DNA of 64,000 nucleotides from Lingula anatina (Eukaryota > Animalia > Brachiopoda), in contig CM120640.1 in NCBI GenBank assembly GCA_051362555.1, positions 11,780,001 to 11,844,000 of the forward strand, read 5' to 3'. Below are positions 60,784 through 64,000 of the stretch, piece after piece. The notes under the pieces were generated by a model that was given only the letters and a program-made list of their open reading frames with translations, was not told where the DNA came from and did no database searches. The stretch's first letter is position 1. Every line of letters begins with the position of its first letter. Made by a program: the position numbers and the translations under genes.

Positions 60784-63361
60784 TTCTTCAAACTTTGACA
60801 CTGATTACCAGAAATGGACCCTTTAGTCTGCCACATATCACAGAGTTCTCTGAGAGCCCTAAAGCCTTCTGCACCCTCCGCTGCAATGTTATCTAGTCCC
60901 CGGAGATCAGTCCTCTTAGAAGCAGCACAGGCATTCAATATCCTGAAGAGAGTGGCTCTGCCAAGAGGAGAGATGTCAAACTACTTACAGTACTTGATGT
61001 AAAGCTCCCATCTTTAATTTTTTTGCTTCATTGTTATCGTCACTGAAAGCAGAACATGCTGAGCAGGCTGACGACTGACTTGACTGAGAACACTCCTAAA
61101 ATATGAAAGGTTCTCATAATGTAAAAGATAGTTAAAGAAATACTTGGAATTTAGGGTTTTAACAGGCCTTTTCTTCAAATGAAATCATGATATATTTTAT
61201 ATTACTTATTTTTTAACAAGTCGCCAGAAATTTGCCTACCATAAATGATTTGAAAAAGTATGTATTTAATCATTTACAGAATGAAAATTACATATTAACA
61301 AGCTGTAATGAAATTTGCTCACCAAATCTAAGGTTTCAACCTTATTTCTCTTTTTTTTGTTTGTTTTATGCGTGTTTTCATGCACATTATCCTATGAGAA
61401 ATAAAGAAAAAATGGTCTTAAGTATATAATATATACAGTATAAGTACAGTACATGTATGCTGTTTAACATACATATATGTATATAGGTCCAACTTAAATT
61501 TAATTGAGCTTATTTCATATAACACGCATAGCATACTCCTGAAAAACAGAAGATATTCTAAATTAAAAAAAAAACATGAAACATATTTTACTATAAGTTA
61601 TAATGTGAGAATCATGAAGATAGGCGTATCAGCTCTAATTTTTTTTCATATACCAGCATTAAGGAGTTACTGCAGTGCTAGTGCGGTATTGACTTTAAAA
61701 AATATCCAGTATCTGGAAAATTCAGCATAAACTTCAAAATTACTGTTAACATTCTTGTTGAGTAATGACAAAATTCTTGTTTTATTTTATACAGTTTAAG
61801 CACTAAACTGCTATACAGAATATGATTTTTAATGATTTCAAAATAATGTTTATGTTTCTTTAAGATTGGCAATTTCTCGAAAAGATCGAATAATTACCGT
61901 ATGTCAAAATAAGAGTTTATACAACCATATATTATGTAATTGTTTTGTCAAAAATATGAAAATTAATCATACATAGCATTTTTCTGTTTAAAATCTGCCA
62001 TGAGTAGAATGCTCGAAACGGAAAGAAAGCCACTGGCTTATGAAAAAATACTTATTTCTGATTTGAAAAAAAAAAAAAAAAAAAAGCCAGACCGACCCCT
62101 TCTGCACATGCACTTACTATAATTACTACATGTACATCTATAGCACTGACAGTTAGTATTACAATTACAAATAAATATAGTATTTAAGTATAATCAAAAG
62201 TTTAAGAACATATCATTAACAGATGTCAACGATACTGATATTTTTCTTTTTCAAAAATTTTAATTTTGCCTTTAAAAAGGCACAAATATCTAGCTATTTT
62301 ACATGAGAACAGTCGCGTACCAAATCACCATTAGCAACGGGGAATCCCCGACCTAATAAATAGTATTCCGAAAATATTTATGCTGTAAAGCACCACTTGT
62401 CTGTGTGAAATATGCCATCAAAACACATATAGCAACGAATTTTTAATTGAAATAAGTTATACATGCAGTTCTGTTACCTGAGCTAAGCGGCAGCAAGTTT
62501 CCACTCTAATAAAACAAGCATTTGGTCATATCCACATCGCACACGAATTTCCCCTTGAGATTCTTTCCTGTATGTGTTGGGTACTGGCAATAAGACGGCT
62601 TGAACCAGTGCAAACCCAGGCTTTCTCTATGGTGTTGACAAACACACGTTTCCGTCAAGGTTGAAGACACCCACCCGAAACGATATCAGGTGGGCTTCTG
62701 TGAAAGTCTCACCTCCGTAGCTCAACTTTAAATTAAGACCGCACTTCGACAAATGAGCTGTGACAGATCGCTTACAGTCATAAAGCTTAACTGGAGCCTC
62801 CTTTGGATATTTCTTAGAAAAACTACACTCCGTGTCGCAGAAAAATGGAACTGTGCATTTTTCCTTTGAATGAGTCATCGACAGCAATTTCGTGGTTCCC
62901 GCCATCTTGAGGCAATAAAGACATGGAAGAAAGACCTTGCAACACGCTGGCTGCATAACATAGGGTTTGGCCATCGCATCAGACAAATATCGCTCACAGC
63001 ACCAGAAAGACACAGAAATGACATTTACATGTACGGTAGAGCAGTTGGAAGGTTCTGTCTCCGATGTCAGCCGTCCACTCTAGCAGATCTCGATTCTGCG
63101 TACATCTCTTATTAGGCATTTTCACGAATAAAAGCAATGTGTTTCCATTTCCTCAATATTTCATCTAAATACATAATATAGTCTACATGCTTGAAATCAC
63201 CATATTGTCACAGACACGGCAAATTGCAAGCCATAGCTTAAAAGCCCAGTGTGTCTATATCACCGGCGAAACTCTTTTATGGATGTGTTCTCAACTCGGA
63301 AAAAAGTAATGTTAGTATTTTGTTTCTTTGCTGACACAACTTCTGCACCTGCGCAGATGTT

Positions 63362-63956
63362 TGAACACTGTTTTCGTCTCTCCTGCTAGTCTTTTCTATA
63401 AGAGATAGACTTCTTGGTTTGAATTCGATCAAATGCCATCGACAAATCAATTATTATGTATATACAAACGGTACAGTTAATATCTAACTTGCCCGGTGCT
63501 TATCTCTTTCAGTTGACAAGCGCTTTCCGTCGTGATTTACATTTTCTTCAAGAGTCAACAAGTGTAGAACATGTTTTTTATGTGTCAGAAAAAGATGGAA
63601 AAGGTCAAGGTCAGTAACAGTTTATGTAATTGGTTAAATTCATAATATATTTTGGATAAGGTCCAAGCATGAGTAATTCAAATAACATTCTAGATGTCTT
63701 AAATTGAAAACAAGTCTCTTACTGATTGCCTAATAAGGAAATGTTGCATGGTGGGAAAATATTACGTAATCACGCAAAGACAAGTAAATGCATGATCAGT
63801 ATGCAGAAATAGAGTTTACTTCTGCAAAGAATGTAAGCCAATGAAATGTCAGCAACGGTAAAATATGTAAATAGATGCAAGCCCTGTTAGGTTGACTTAC
63901 TTCATTGGACTGGGGAGTTAGATGAAAAGAGCATTGTCTAAAGGCCCGTTACCATC
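63362..63956 (+). promoter_or_regulatory. Fourth copy of the GGT upstream/5' UTR block, with a ~275-bp insertion
   Basis: Aligns with 33628-33963 (ttttcgtctc..ctgctagtc, aaacggtacagttaatatctaactt, ggtgcttatctctttc.gttgacaag, ctgcaaagaatgtaagccaatgaaatgtcagcaacggta). Extra sequence at ~63548-63820. Confidence 0.8.
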
Positions 63957-64000
63957 ATGAAGGAATCGCTGCAAACCACTGAATATGGGAGAGTGGGGCA
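63957..64000 (+). CDS. Start of the first exon of a probable fourth GGT copy (MKESLQTTEYGRVG..., runs off the window)
   Basis: atcATGAAGGAATCGCTGCAAA is identical to the start at 33964; intactness cannot be judged. Confidence 0.6.
   Translation, partial: MKESLQTTEYGRVG

Larger units (their letters stand above)
55892..62900 (-). pseudogene. Intron-containing DDD/E transposase pseudogene, Sola3-like
   Basis: Ordered minus-strand remnants: CSFS..DCKRSVTAHL..VCQHHRESLGLHW..CQYPTH (62830-62480); PLGRATLFRILNACAASKRTDLRGLDNIAAEG (~60965-60785); HRTF|TRIFENVKQDWFVVASILE (60388-60377 joined to 57799-57710); RSDNAGCYH (57503-57477); YCFSEAQRGKSVCD..YVGAGNDI..DMKRAI (57190-57030); GWALK..RF..YL..KFQVG..QIASFFSR (56222-56000). 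Family assignment is from recalled motifs. Confidence 0.7.

Overview
Eukaryotic, AT-rich, intron-containing DNA; the protein motifs and repeat families look invertebrate, probably molluscan (inference). (1) Last exon of a TIGAR-like histidine phosphatase (+, 1040-1891). (2) An 8-exon, ~1430-aa secreted protein on the minus strand (11174-4316): signal peptide, three Ig domains, a ~815-aa low-complexity region with His/Met/Glu 12-aa repeats, and two CBM14/peritrophin-A chitin-binding domains, i.e. a VCBP-like Ig plus chitin-binding fusion and the most unusual thing here. (3) A tandem array of gamma-glutamyltranspeptidase (GGT) genes on the plus strand: one pseudogene (12630-14575), two apparently intact 12-exon copies (17477-26811, 33964-40895) and the start of a probable fourth (63957-end), plus a candidate alternative N-terminal exon carrying sorting-type motifs. 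(4) A ~18-kb nest of decayed mobile elements (45.8-63.3 kb): chromodomain Gypsy remnant, Helentron-type element with ~148-bp repeats, TTAA element, and an intron-containing Sola3-like transposase split by a LINE. (5) Many MITEs, some confirmed by empty sites in the paralogous GGT copy. All gene models were assembled by eye from GT-AG sites and reading phase; no database search was run.
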